Origin: Paraspadella gotoi
Lineage: Eukaryota > Animalia > Chaetognatha
Length of the DNA stretch: 64,000 nucleotides
Direction: 5' to 3'
NCBI GenBank assembly: GCA_051294375.1
Contig: CM119263.1
Span: 26,266,758-26,330,757 of the forward strand
Part shown: one piece after another, positions 12,845 through 26,400 of the stretch
Position numbering within the stretch: the stretch's first letter is position 1
How the letters are laid out: every line of letters starts with the position of its first letter
Translations under genes and position numbers: made by a program
Notes under the pieces: generated by a model
The model's input: only the letters and a program-made list of their open reading frames with translations
Told to the model about the DNA's origin: nothing
Databases searched by the model: none

Positions 12845-15800
12845 CTATTTCCCGCTCGGATCTTCACAATCTTGGCATTTTTCCATCGCTGTGGAGTAAT
12901 CCTCAATCTGCACAGTGGTTTCGTATATTTTAAAATCTTCGTTGAGAATCCGCGTCACCTTTGATTTTCGTGTCAAAATAAATTTAAATAAAGTAAAAAA
13001 ATAAATAAATACTTAACTATTTTTGACTAGCAATTTATATTTTATTTACGTATTCCATTTAGTAAACTCACCGCTTGTAGGACATCGCGACAGTCGCTTG
13101 TTTTTTGACCAGCCTCGGTCTCAACCGCCAAATGTACCGACACTGCCGGAGTGTCGAGTGACAGGGACCAGATACGAAGATTATGTACCCTTTTGACACC
13201 TGGATTCAATAAAGCGGTTTAAATATTTCATTGTCGTTTCTTGTTCGACAAGATATAAATTTTCAGCAAAAAATATATATCATTGACATGTTGACACGTA
13301 AAATCCTTTCTTTTCGTTGTGTAATAGAATTAAGTTAAAAATAAGTTTGATTTTTCTTCAACAACGATGTTTTTTTTTTTTCAACAGAAAAACGTTTTCT
13401 GTGGAAAAAAAAATCAAACTTTTTTCACTTAAAAGTTAAAACAACATTTTACAAATAAACCTTTTGCTTTACCATTAACCGTGAGTAACGCCGCCTTTAC
13501 GAGTGAGTATTGAATGTGACGAGGTGCTCCTTCCATCAAGACGGATAACAAATCTACTGTTATTCTGAATGTAAAAATGAGGAAATAAAAGTATTTGACA
13601 CTTTTTTTAAGTACAAACTAGACTAAAAATAGCTCCTGTTTATACCCGACCACCAAAGAGATTAAAATACATTTTTACCGGTATGTCGTTATTAGGACAA
13701 TTATGCTGAATACGAAGGTGCATATTGGATCGGCGATGGAGTATTCAGGGTAGTAAAATATGATATAGGCTGGAAGAAGACAATTTTTACATACAATTAA
13801 TCAGACATTAAACTATTTTTCGAGCTTTTTAAAGTTAGCAACCTGCGATCAAAACTCCAAGACTTTGACAAAGATCACCGATGATGTGAATGAAAGCGGC
13901 CCGAACGTTGATATTTTGGTTTTTGGAATGTGAATGCGGCGAGTCGCTTCTGGAGCCGTTGGTTCCGTAATTTTTGTTTTCGCCCTCCTGAGGGTATTTA
14001 TAAATATAAGGAACACGGTTTGTAATTGAGCACGCTGGATAAAGTGTAATGGTGTCGGCATAGTGACATGGGAGGTCGCTGCAGGTCCAAAGCACTGAAA
14101 GCCAGCTGTCGGGAGAACCCCGGACATCAGACATATCTCCCTGCTGCCGTAAACCATCTTATAAGCTTCAGTTTAATTTTGATATATGTATAAAAAATAT
14201 TCCTTCATTTTATCACCAGTATGTTTCGTTCCTGATCAGACTGCCCTTCACTTCCACCGTGTGAATGAAGATGACCGATTTCAGATGCGCTCAGCACTAT
14301 TCCGATCACAAGGTTGAAGGCAACGCCGGCACCAGCTGGCAAATTTGCAAGATTGCAAGGATATTGATTTAAGGATAGTATTTTTTCCCAGATGAAGTGA
14401 TGTCGAGATTTGACTTTAACTAATGCATTTTCTTCATATTAATAAACTAAATGTTTTCGTACCAGTCAGGAGCATAATTTGACCATCCACATTGTAGTCG
14501 TGATTATAGATTCTAAGACCAGCTACATAGACTAAGATTCCTGTGATGAGCCAGATGAGGGCAATCGAAAGTAAAGAACCAAGAATTTCCGCTCGATACC
14601 TTTAGAGATTTAGTGTAAAAAATTGTAAAGCATTTCGTAGAATAAATATTTCATAGCTAACTACTAATGGTTTTAACGTGACAATTTTTGTTGAGTTTGC
14701 CATAATGCAGTAACTTGGTTAGGACTTAATGCTCCATTGCTCCATGGAAAAGTTTCACTAATTACATGAATACAAAATATATATTTTGATGCCGGGCGGA
14801 GTACAATACTGTAATCCCCGATCTTATACTTAAGGAAGTGGTCTCTTCATACAATTTAAACAATCTTTAAAACATTATACCCCTTCATTAAGGCGTAGTG
14901 AAAGTTGCAGATCAAAATTCGAATAGTTGATCATGAACAGTCTTGGACTAAAGAATATTGATATATAAAATTTTTTTTTAAAAATTCGCATACGCCCATA
15001 TTTATACATAGTACTCACAATAGAAAATGTCAAAATTTTAAAATAATTTATTCTTAGTTTTGAAAGCGGATTCAAATAAAAAGTTGATAAAAGAAAATAT
15101 AAGTCTTAATCAAAAATTATTTCATTAAGTTAGCCAAAATTTTAAAAAACTATATTTTTTATACTAAAATTTAATTATAGGTTAATTATAATAGTTTTTT
15201 TAGGATTTTGACCCACTTAATGAAACAATTTTCTAAAAAGAGTTATGTTTCCTATTATCAACTTTTTGTGAGGAATTCGAATCTGCTTTTAAAAATAAGA
15301 AAAAAACATTTCAAAATTGTGACATTTTCTATGGTGAGTACTAACTACTATGTATAAATATGGGCGTATGCGAAAATTGAAAAATAAAAATTAAATTGTT
15401 TTTATTTAAAAATGTTCACAGGTACAAGCCTGTTCGTGATCTACTATTTGAATTTTGATTCTACTTGATTTTAATATTTTTGCTACGCTTTACCCTTCAT
15501 TGATAGGGAAGCCAGAGAGAGTCTGTCACGAAAAGCCGATGTAAGAAATAATCTTAATTAAAATAATGGTTTTTTTTTCTGAAAAGAAATCATTGTTTTA
15601 CTATTACTTAAATACTGCATTATACTCTAATTAAGTTATAACTAATTAATAATATTAATAATATAATAATATAATTATAATCATTAGCGCTAACCATCCA
15701 AACGAGAACTTTTTTGATGCGGGTCTCGTTTTTAAATGAATTGATATCAATCCGATGACCAAAGCGATGAGGTCTGTAAAGAGATGCGCCGCGTCGGCCA

Positions 15801-16419
15801 GAATAGAAAGACTGTCAGCTAAAAATCCACCTAGAAAAATTAAATTTGTAAAACAAAATTTCAAGAATATTTTGTTAAATATGTATTTTCAATTATGCTC
15901 TCTTTAGTTTTTCCGAATCTTCAATCTCCAATGTAAGGCTAAAACCATGCAATATGGAATATGCATTATGGAGATACATTTGGGTCTTTAAATCTTAGTT
16001 CTTTTAGGGGATACAAAAGTGATTTGGTTACTAGTTTTATCTTACCAACTATTTCAGTAAGCATAAACAACAGGCAAATAATGATGGCAATCCTCAGTTT
16101 TATTGCAGCCGTCCGGGAGATTTCGTCCTCTTCTTCATGAATTTCTCGAAAACTATGACAATGTTCACCTGTTGAGTTAAAAATACTTTAGAACTGAGCT
16201 GAACTAATTATACTAAAAAAATATTGTCTTGTACCTTCAGATCCAAAGCAATTTTGATTAATCAATGAGTTGTCTACTATGGCTGTTACATTGTGTCTTC
16301 TAATTACATCATAATCTGTTTAAATATATTTTTATATTTTAATTCTGAATAAAACTTTGCGACACGATCTGAATTATTTCATACGTACCTTTTTTGGGTT
16401 CGTCTTCGGTTTTTCTCAT
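12845..16419 (-). CDS. Zinc transporter, SLC30/ZnT (CDF family), ZnT2/3/4/8-like, 11 exons
   Basis: Phase-consistent GT-AG exons 16419-16389, 16315-16235, 16168-16046, 15830-15695, 14599-14463, 14335-14217, 13987-13843, 13769-13679, 13564-13473, 13199-13072, 12958-12845. N-terminal [11 protein letters not shown] (TM2), SFGWYRAEILG, His-rich loop, [14 protein letters not shown] (TM5), [28 protein letters not shown]-terminal CQDC. Confidence 0.95.
14034..14153 (+). mobile_element. Twister-bearing repeat, subfamily 2, internally deleted copy
   Basis: Aligns with 30514-30650 but lacks about 9 nt after the TA cleavage site. Confidence 0.7.
14889..15492. mobile_element. hAT-type MITE
   Basis: TIR TAAGGCGTAG...CTACGCTTTA; 8-bp TSD CCCTTCAT on both sides; homologous (opposite orientation) to 31147-31768. 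Confidence 0.85.
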
Positions 16420-17199
16420 GTTTTTTCTTTCGATACACAAAGACGCGTCCATAAAAATCGTTAATTAATATTGGACATCTAAAATATTTATAAAGATCAA
16501 TAACAAACCTTTTTTTAATACTGCTTCTCATTAGAAAATTCTATAAAAAGAAGAAAAGGTGTAGCCGTCTGAATCTCGGCTACCCTCGTCATTTTAAAGA
16601 ACAGGTTGAGAGCATGACATTGGCAATGGATTATTTTAAGGTCGTCAACTTCGAAGGACTAAAGTCTAAAGTGTACGGTCATGTACAAAAAAATCGCACC
16701 ACTTAATATCAGATTTTTTAAAATTATCTTATATATTTAGATTTTTAAAAATTAGTGCTAAATATTTTATTTAAAATTAAGATTAGGAAAAGAAGTAGGT
16801 TGCTCTCGGAAACTAGCATCCCAAATCTTTTAGGCAAAACCGGATTCATGTTTCAAACCATTGTTCTTCAGATTTTGAGTATTACGTAGTATACCAAAAT
16901 CGGGGAATTTAAATGGATTGAGAGAGAAAGAGAGAGAGAGAGGGTGACGATGATATTAAGGTTAGGAGTGAACACAGTACCTAGTGGTCATTACTCAATG
17001 AGCCACAGGGTCACGACTGAAGGTTATAGACGGGGTGAACTTATGCAATGCCCGACTACACGAAGTATACCAAAAAACGGCAATTTAAAGGGATTGAGAG
17101 AGAGAGAGAGAGAGAGAGAGAGCTTTTTTTCAAAGAAGCCCCCTTGCTGCGGCTCCTGATGCACAAAAATCGTATCTTTTGCTACTTCCATCGTCGTTT

Positions 17200-17535
17200 T
17201 ATTTTATAATTAGTCAATTAATTTATAAATAATTAAGTAAATCCGGTCAATTTATCAATAAATTAATTATTCAATCAATCAATTTATTTAGTTATCTATT
17301 AATTAATTAATCAATCAATCAGTTTATTTATAAATTAATTAATTATTTAAAAATCAATCAATCAATCAAGTCAGATCGTTTGGCATTATTGTCGTCGTCG
17401 TTGCTTTTGTCGTGGACAGTGACGAAAAGACCTAAAAACAAACATTTCTGATAAATTAATTAATTTATTAATTAATTTATTAATGATACGCTAATGATCG
17501 TGGGCAGATCCGACATTGTTTGCTCAAACTATTTT
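17200..17535 (+). mobile_element. 3' fragment of HINE family A
   Basis: AATT/AATC tracts followed by GATCGTGGGCAGATCCGACATTGTTTGCTCAAAC. Confidence 0.6.
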
Positions 17536-17736
17536 TTATACTGACAGGAAGGAGTTAACACTTAACTAGAAGTAGAAGTAGATTCTAAACATAAGGAAAT
17601 TATAAGCAGATATTTAAAACTACGCACAAGTAGAAATAACACCGACCGATCAATGTATAGCCCACTGATTTTCTTGCACGTTTTAATTTTTAGAGAGAGA
17701 GAGAGAGAGCGAGAGAGCGCTCTTCGGCCGCCGAAG

Positions 17737-18969
17737 ATGCCGTCCCCGACGCTGGCGCCTTCGAGGTCCGAGGCCGACGACACGCCCGACGTCTTCGAAG
17801 CGGACGACGATGATGTCACTGTCGGTGACGTCCCCGAGGAGCTGCGCCCGTCCGGAGCTTATCACGAGAATTACAAGAGGTTCGGTTAGCGCCGAATGTG
17901 AATTCGTCTCGTTTAATATTACGATTTAATCGGGATTATATTAATTTAATTACTTTAATTTTTAAATTTTGTTTTTCGTTTTTTTTTGTTTTTCAAAATT
18001 TAAAATAGAGAGGAAATTAAGGGTATTCTAAAAAGGATTGTAAAAATCCTAAACGGTAAATATTAATTTTGGAAAATGTACATATATTTTTCATTGCAAG
18101 GATGCGTAATGTGTAAAATATAAATCCGTGCTCCAATCACTTTTGTATGCACTTTAATGCAATGATTTGGAACATGGGATGTATAAAAATATTCGTCTGT
18201 TTATGATCGACTATAGTTCACGAAAAAAAAAATGAAAGTGAAGGCTATTATAAAAATTGTTTCCAAAAAATAACCCAACCATTTTAACCGCGGAAAATTT
18301 TTCTCAGATACTTCAAAAACAAAATCGACCACTTGGAGGATTACTACGAATTCACGCCCCAAGAAATGTTGGACCATCACAAATCCAATCAACTTCCCAT
18401 CATATGCTATCCTTCTATCCTCAGACAGTAAGCTTATGTAGATAGTGAGCAAAGAAGAAAAAAGAAAGAGTATGTAAAATAAAGATAAAGTAATGAAGAA
18501 AACTAAACATGTAAAGATAAAATAAAATATAAATAAAATGGAAATATGAGAAAGAATTTATGATAATGAAGGATAAAATGTAATAGTGTAATATCAAAAA
18601 TTATTTAGAGGGACACTACGATATTTAAAAAATTCTAACAAAATAATAGTTAATAATAAACTTAATGATTTTGAAGACACAGGAACGGAACGTGGATTGA
18701 AAGCGACCCCTTTGACTACGCCTATCGGAGTCAGAACTATACTCACCCCTGCGTGGTTCCGTTGGACGCAGGAGACTTTGCCGGGGGTGCGGGTGAGTTA
18801 ACCGAAGGGTGGGTAGATTCGGAATGACCGCTTGTCCGCTGAGAAGCTTTTTTGGGGTAATTTAGTTTACTAGTACGTACTAATATTTTAAAATAAAATA
18901 ATACCAAATTCAGTATTAAATCAGTTGATTGTTGTGATGCTAATAATTAAAAAAAAAAGAGAAAGAGAG

Positions 18970-19031
<62 letters not shown>

Positions 19032-19035
19032 AAAA

Positions 19036-19076
<41 letters not shown>

Positions 19077-19112
19077 AAAGAAAGAAAGAAAGAAAGAAAA
19101 AGAAAGAAGAAA

Positions 19113-19156
<44 letters not shown>

Positions 19157-19295
19157 ACAAGGAAAGAAAGAAAGAAATAAATGAATAGATTAATAAATAA
19201 ATAAATAACTAAATAAATAAATAAATATATAAATAAAGAGAGAAAGAAAGAGAGAAAGAAAGAGAAAAAGAAAAAGAGAAAGAAAGAGAGAGAAA

Positions 19296-19343
<48 letters not shown>

Positions 19344-19377
19344 AATAGAGAAATAAAGAAATAGAGAAAGAAAAAAG

Positions 19378-19410
<33 letters not shown>

Positions 19411-22400
19411 ACGGAGATAAATTCCATTTTTCTCTAGTTTCAGCATTATTCCGAAAGTCTCGTGAATATTTTGAAATAACTCCACGTGATTAACAAGAGT
19501 TTTCGCAACGAAAAAAGAAAGAGAAAGTTTTCATAATTTTTTAATTATTTTCTTTTCTTTGTATCGTAGCAATACTTACATCTTCAGAGGCTCAGTCTCA
19601 GTAAATAACTAAATAAAGGAAACTACGTGGCTTAAAAGCGAAATCGGTCTCTGACTCGAGCACAGTAAATTTACCGCTCAATTTTCGGGCGTCTCGCCCA
19701 GAAACTGTTTAAAAGTGACGCCGTCGCCCGAACGATTTCCGGTTCTTTGGTTTTGCATAAAAAAAATGTGCTTAGAATTTTATTACCGTTTTAACCAATG
19801 AGCATACAGAACAGCTTACAGACCGAGTCAAGATAAAACAAGATAAAAGCTGATGGGCTATTGCTCCTTTGGCTCACAATATTAAGGTACGGCGCGAAAA
19901 CGAGTTGAGTTACATACTTTACTATCGCCAACAGAAAAAAAAAATTAAATTGAAAGTAGGAAAATTAATTAAGTGTTTAAAACATTGGAAAGGGAAAAAA
20001 TAAAACCGAAGAAAAGTGGAAATGTGTCGATCCTTAAAAAAAAAGACATGGAACCAAATAATATGCGTCTAAGTTACAATAAAACAATTTTTGATAACTC
20101 TTATAACCAACGATCAAAACAAAAGAGCAAACCTCCGACAGACCGTAACTAATCTACCGCTAGGAGTAATAAAGATAGGCTTCGCCGCAGCGAAAAAAAA
20201 GAACAGGCTATAAAACAAGTCAGTGGAGACAGAGGGTTAAACGATAAAAGCGGAGAAATGGATTCCGCGGAGACGAAAATGGATTCCGCGGGAAAAACAC
20301 GTTTATGTCTCAAGTCGCGGATTATTTTGAATTTTATGGAAATACTTTTATGCCCCTTTAAAATTCAAAATACTAGATAATAACTAAATTGTGAAATTTT
20401 AATTCATCTTGGTTAGAATATTTTATGAATTAATCTATTTTAAAAATATACGTAATAATAAAAAAAATTAAAATTAAAACATTATTTAAAACATAAGCGT
20501 TTCTTCAACGGAAATTGTTTACGAATAGCTGCAAACGTTTCTCATTTATCTCCGTCAGACCCGAGCTACGCCCTTCCGCTCTACGGACTCGTGTTCCCCT
20601 TTGTCGTCACCGTCACAGTTTTGGTCAACGCTGCCGTCTGTGTCGTTCTCCTCAAGGCGCCGCTCAGGTAGACTCTTTAAACTCTTTCCATATTTATGTA
20701 ATTTATGTATAAATTCGGTTGTGAACAATACAATACTATACAATAAATACAATAACAAAACTAATTATTTAATGATGTTGAATGATATTTAATGATACTC
20801 ATTGGAAATATGGAGACGCAACGAAATAGGAAATTGATTTATTCGCCTTCAATGTCTCTTTCGTAGCATTTTGTATTCATTATTCACAAATTATGGTAAT
20901 ACGGAAACAGATTTATCAGAAATGTGTTTTTTTAGGTTGTTTTGTTTTTAGTTGCGCCGCGAGTACTGGTGGACCAACTCAATAAGTCACTTTTTGGTCG
21001 GTATGTCGTTCGGTCGGTCCGTTGGTCGTTCGGTCCATTGTTATATCTGTCTGTCAGTCTGTCCCACTTACGTTAAAAATGCACATAATTTACCACTAGT
21101 TGGTTTCTCATTTGTTAAGACTGAAAACAACCTCAAATCTAAGGTACTGCTAGCGCCGCCTTCAGGAATTCCTAAAACTATTAAGGATTAAAAGACGAAA
21201 TCTTGTTGCAGTGCATGACATAAATACATGGGCAAAGAAAGTTTTTACTCATGTCATGTCATGACATGTCATATCATTTGATCAAAAGGAAATACACGTA
21301 AAAATAAAGTCACTGCGGCGCAACATATTGGAATTACCGTTCTTGTTTATCTTTTTTGGTTGAAGTCTTGAGAACGGGGATTTTCATCAATGATTTATGC
21401 TAGACTCGATGAGGCCCTCGACGAGGCTTTCGTCGTCCTTATGTCCATTTTCGGGGGTGTGTCTGCTCAATTGTCTGTTTAATTAAGTTTTAAACTCAAT
21501 TTTCAATTATTTTCAATGTTTTTATGTCGTTTTTATTAGTTAATTTAATAATAATTATTTAGTTCGATTTAGTAAGTACATTGTACATATTACGATGTTG
21601 AAATTTTTACTTCGCTTTGCAAGCACTTTTTGACGGCAGTATAATTTCAAGCATTAAAAATCGACTTCTGATAAAGTGAAAAAAAGAAATATTTTATGTT
21701 TCCAAAACGGCCATACATTGCGAAAATTTTGGGGGGGTTCAAAAAATGTGATAACAGAGCAAGATTTCGGTTAAAAATTGTTGCAGACGAAAAAAATGAT
21801 ATTATGGCAACAGCCGGGTTGCCTGTGATGCCCATTGGGATGGGGCATCTCACTGTTGGCTTTGGGGGCTTCCGACCCTCAGTGACGCCTCCAGTCACTG
21901 GCGCGGTTACCCTAGGACGGTCTCGCTTTGCCAACGCAGAGGGAAGTCATTAGGACTGTGGATGGAACACTACGCCTGGGATGGTGTGTTCCCCCTCTGA
22001 GCCAATGGATTTGGCTGACGGATGGTGGACGTGAGGCGGTTTGAATATACCGCCACAATATAAAATATAAACCCGTAATTTTTATATTAGTTCAGTTTAA
22101 AAGTCAATTATGTATTACATTCATACATATTTATGGCAACAGCCGGGCTGCCCGCGATGGCCGTTGGGATGGAACTTCTCATTGTTGGCTTTGGGGGTCT
22201 TCCGACCGTCAGTGACTCCTCCTGTCACTGGCGCGATTACCCGTGGACGGTCTCGCATTGCCAACGCCGAGGGAATTCAGGACTGAGCCAAAGGGATTGG
22301 CTGAACGATGATGGGTGTGAGGCGGTGTGAATATACAACCACAATGTATCTTTTTTTGATTGAATGAAAAGAAAAAGAAGAAACTTTTATAAAGAGAAAA

Positions 22401-23413
22401 AAGAAACTCGAAAAGGAAATGTGAAATCAAGCAATATTTATCGAAAATTGAAGCGGAGAAAATGTTAAAACCTTTTTACCATAAAAAAAATCTGAATTTA
22501 TAAAATGAAAATGCCGGTGGAAAAAAAAACTAGATTGACGCCCTGACGCAAAACCAACGCTTTGAAAAAAATTGTCACCATTTTTCTAAAATTTTATCGC
22601 AATTCGTGAAAAGAATGAACTCAGCGCTGAACCATGTATAGATAAGTCGGGCGTCTCAGCTTTGGCAATGCATAGGCTTTGCCTATGAGTATGAAGTTAA
22701 TGATTAGCTATTTGTTGTATGATTTCGTATTTTAACAAACAGGTACAGACACAGATGTGAAAAATATTCTAGACTTTTTGACCGATTTTCCGACCAACTG
22801 AAACATATTGAAACGCCGTCAAACGTCTACGCTTTAAATACTCTTCGAACTCATTCTCACCCTAATTCCCTCCGGTATATTGGCAGAAGCCCCACCAATG
22901 TGTTGCTGGCGGCAATCGCATTGGCCGACACTTTAACTGGCATCTTTCCTCTGCCGCTGATTGTTTACATCTTTACATTCGGAGGATATCACGATTGGGT
23001 ACCGCAAGAATTCTGTAACGCCTACATACTGACTTATCAAGGCAAGTGGAGTAGTTAAGTCTATCTCTTGGAAAATACTACAGAAAAATCGTAATTTATT
23101 ACAAGGCATATAAACGATTTTCAGCTAATGCTTAATGCTTATGGCTTCACAACTGAATTGAAAATAATCTACTTTCTATACTATATTAAAAACCAATTTA
23201 AAGATAATAACTCCGTAATCAAGAGAAAAATCTGAGAAATAAAAACCTATTTTTCTGTTTTAAAGAATAAAAAAATGGTAATTACGTATAACAACATTTC
23301 CTCCTATTTTCCTGGCAACTTTATTGTCGTTGTTGTCAATGTTGTTACTCACGTTGGGGGGAGGAAGTAGAAAGTTGGCAGCCGTCGCCTCAATCTGCGT
23401 CCGGCATCGATCT

Positions 23414-23476
<63 letters not shown>

Positions 23477-26400
23477 CTCTCTTTCCGTTTTTGTCTCATT
23501 TTCCTGCCGTCGCTTCCATATTTAAATCAGTAAACATTTTTTTTTAAATCATAAGCGTATAGTATAGTATAGTATAGTACATTACAGTAAAATTCCATTA
23601 GCAATATATAAACAATTTAGAGCAAACAATGCCGGATCGGCCCACGATATTGGCGAGATTTAGGATCGGCTCAGTTTCTTTGTGACGTCGTCATCGTCGT
23701 CACGCTTTTTATCGAGCCTACAAGCTTTTGGGTGGAACCGAAGGACCGACAAAGTGATTTTATTTGCGGGGTATCCAAAAAAGATTAAAATTCTGTAAAA
23801 TAATTGTTTTTAACGATTAATGACCTTTCCTTAATTCCCTTTTTGCAGAAAGGTGCGCGCTAACCGTTTGCCCTTTGTCCTTCCAACCAAAAACCGATCC
23901 GTAAAATGCATTTTTTTCCTTTTAAACGACAGTTCTACCGACTATTTTCCATTCTGTCTCTATCTGGTTGACGGTCGGCTTGGCGGTGCAGCGTTACATC
24001 TACATCTGTCACCCGATCAAAGCTCGAAGCATCTGCACGATTCCGAACGTCATTAAAGGTAAAAAAAATATCTATTATAAAATAAAAGACTCTTTTTAAC
24101 GTCTGGCAAGGATACAAATAAATTCTCGTTTTGTTCCTGTATTTTGATCAATATAATCAATATTAGCCTATTAGTGGCGCCGCGAGCACTTACGTTAAAA
24201 ATGCTCATAACTTGCATATTGCATATTGCATAATTGTATAATGCATAAAAATTGCATATAGTTGGTTGCTCATTTATTAAGACAGGAAAAAACCTAAAAT
24301 CTAAGAGACTGCTTGCGCCGCCATCAGGAAATCCTAAAACTATATAGAATAAAAGACAAAATTCTGATACAGTGCGTGTCATAAATACACCGGCTAAGAT
24401 AGTTATTGTACTAATGTAGTCATGTCATATCATGTTATTTCACGAGAAATACACATGATACAGCAGTCCCTGCGGCGCAACACATTTGAATTACAGTTCT
24501 TGTTTATTTCTTAAATTTTTATTATGGTTGTCCCAAATTATCGTGACGAATGTTTGGGAAAACATTGGGGAAAATTCTTCCGTCTTCACCTTTTACCCGC
24601 CGGATATTGCGCTTCCTGTCAACGCATCAGATAGAGAAAAGATTCAGAAAAGTTTCAAGATATATATTTCCGTTTATTTTTTGAATAAGAATATGATTTT
24701 TTTTATATAAAAATATAACATTTTCAATCACAATAAACAAAAAAAGACTTTGATCATCCAAAAATATCGATAAATTGACATTTTTCCTATATTCTAAAGA
24801 AAGTAAATCGATTCAAACAGAGAGTTCCTCAGATATTTCGTCAAATAGATAAACAACGATACGAATTTTTCTTTCTTTTCCCCCGGCGACCTCTTTCGTT
24901 CGCTAAGAAAGTAAAGAGAACCATATTGTCCTTTTTGTCTTTCGGTGGCGCTGCGAATTATGAGGCAGAAATTGAGAGCTGGAAACGAGAACTCCCATCT
25001 GGCGGTCTACGTCATCAAGCGAACTAACGAGGTATAAACAAAAGGCGTTCGGCTTCAACTGGGGGAGGCGAAGAACAAAAGACAAGAAATGCCCAAAAAT
25101 CGTCTCGTTGTCGCGGCCAACGGAAGATGGATTTAATACGTGATATGGTCTTAATTGATGGCCACGAAATAGCCAATAGCCAATAGTCAATTTTCCGCCA
25201 ATACAAACAATCATATAAACTACGCCACCGTGTTCTCAACTAAACAACATAGTCGAACCAACCTTTTCAATCTGACAATATTCATTTGACCAATGACCAT
25301 GTCCCTCCGACGATGTTTATTGTTTATCCGACATAGTCGTAGTCGCGACTGAAAAATAAGAAAATCGTTTGACTCGTTTCCATTTTCGACTCCAACGCAC
25401 ACGAGTCACTAACGACTTAACAACAATTTTTTGTTTTGGTGTCGCAATAAAAAGCAATCAGAGTAGTCGTAAACGAATGGTACAAATGGCACAAATGGTG
25501 TGAATGGTGAAAAACGATAATCAAATAAAAACTGAACTATTATATATTTTAATTTCATACACATTGAATTTGAATATCTGGGTTCTCATTGGTAATTAAT
25601 AACAAGTAGATGTTTTGATTTTATTCTTAAAATGTGAACTCTTCTACACTCTTCTACACTCTTCTATCCTTGTTTGTTATAATTTTGTTCTTATTGAGAA
25701 AGGTTTATTATTTTTGCCAATACAACGATTTTTATTATTATTATTAGGACATGTTTCGACTCTATTGGTTCGAGTTTTTGTTCTTGTATATAAAAGTAGA
25801 GTAAATTCTTAATTTTTGGGAGATTCCTCTGAGACCATCTGGTATTAAATTAAATTTGTGAATTTACCGGAATATGTTAATAAATTTAATTTTTTTATGT
25901 AGCTTTGAGCTGTTGCTCTTGTCTTTTCTGCTGTTGATCTTTTCTCTGCTGTAGTTGCTCTTCTCTCTTCTGCTGCTGGTCGTCTCTAATGACTGTTGAA
26001 TAATAAACACTTAATAAAGTTACTTATCTACTTTAAGCACTGTTCAAACAATGTTCTCATCTGAAGCTGAAATAAATCTCAAATGGTACGAATGTTACTG
26101 CTGGTAGTAATGGTATGAATGGTCTTAAATTTCAAAGCGGTGACACAGTTATATTATTATTTTATTTCGAGCTTTTCATTTCGTTGCGTTTGAAATTAGA
26201 ATATAAAGCGAAATTTTTATTTTGTTAAAAGACAAAGAGTTTGTTTTTATTTTCAAGAAAGAAAAATCGTTCATTTTCGGCTAATATGTTAGCCTTCACA
26301 GCGCAAATAATAATTTGTTATACAAAATAAAAAAATTTCTTAATTCTAATTATTATTGTATGAATTTGATTAATTATTATAAAGTTAATATACTACTACC

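Noticed and set aside
18921-19485. ORFs rich in SL, ER or FLS here and throughout the window
   Set aside because: Translations of microsatellites.
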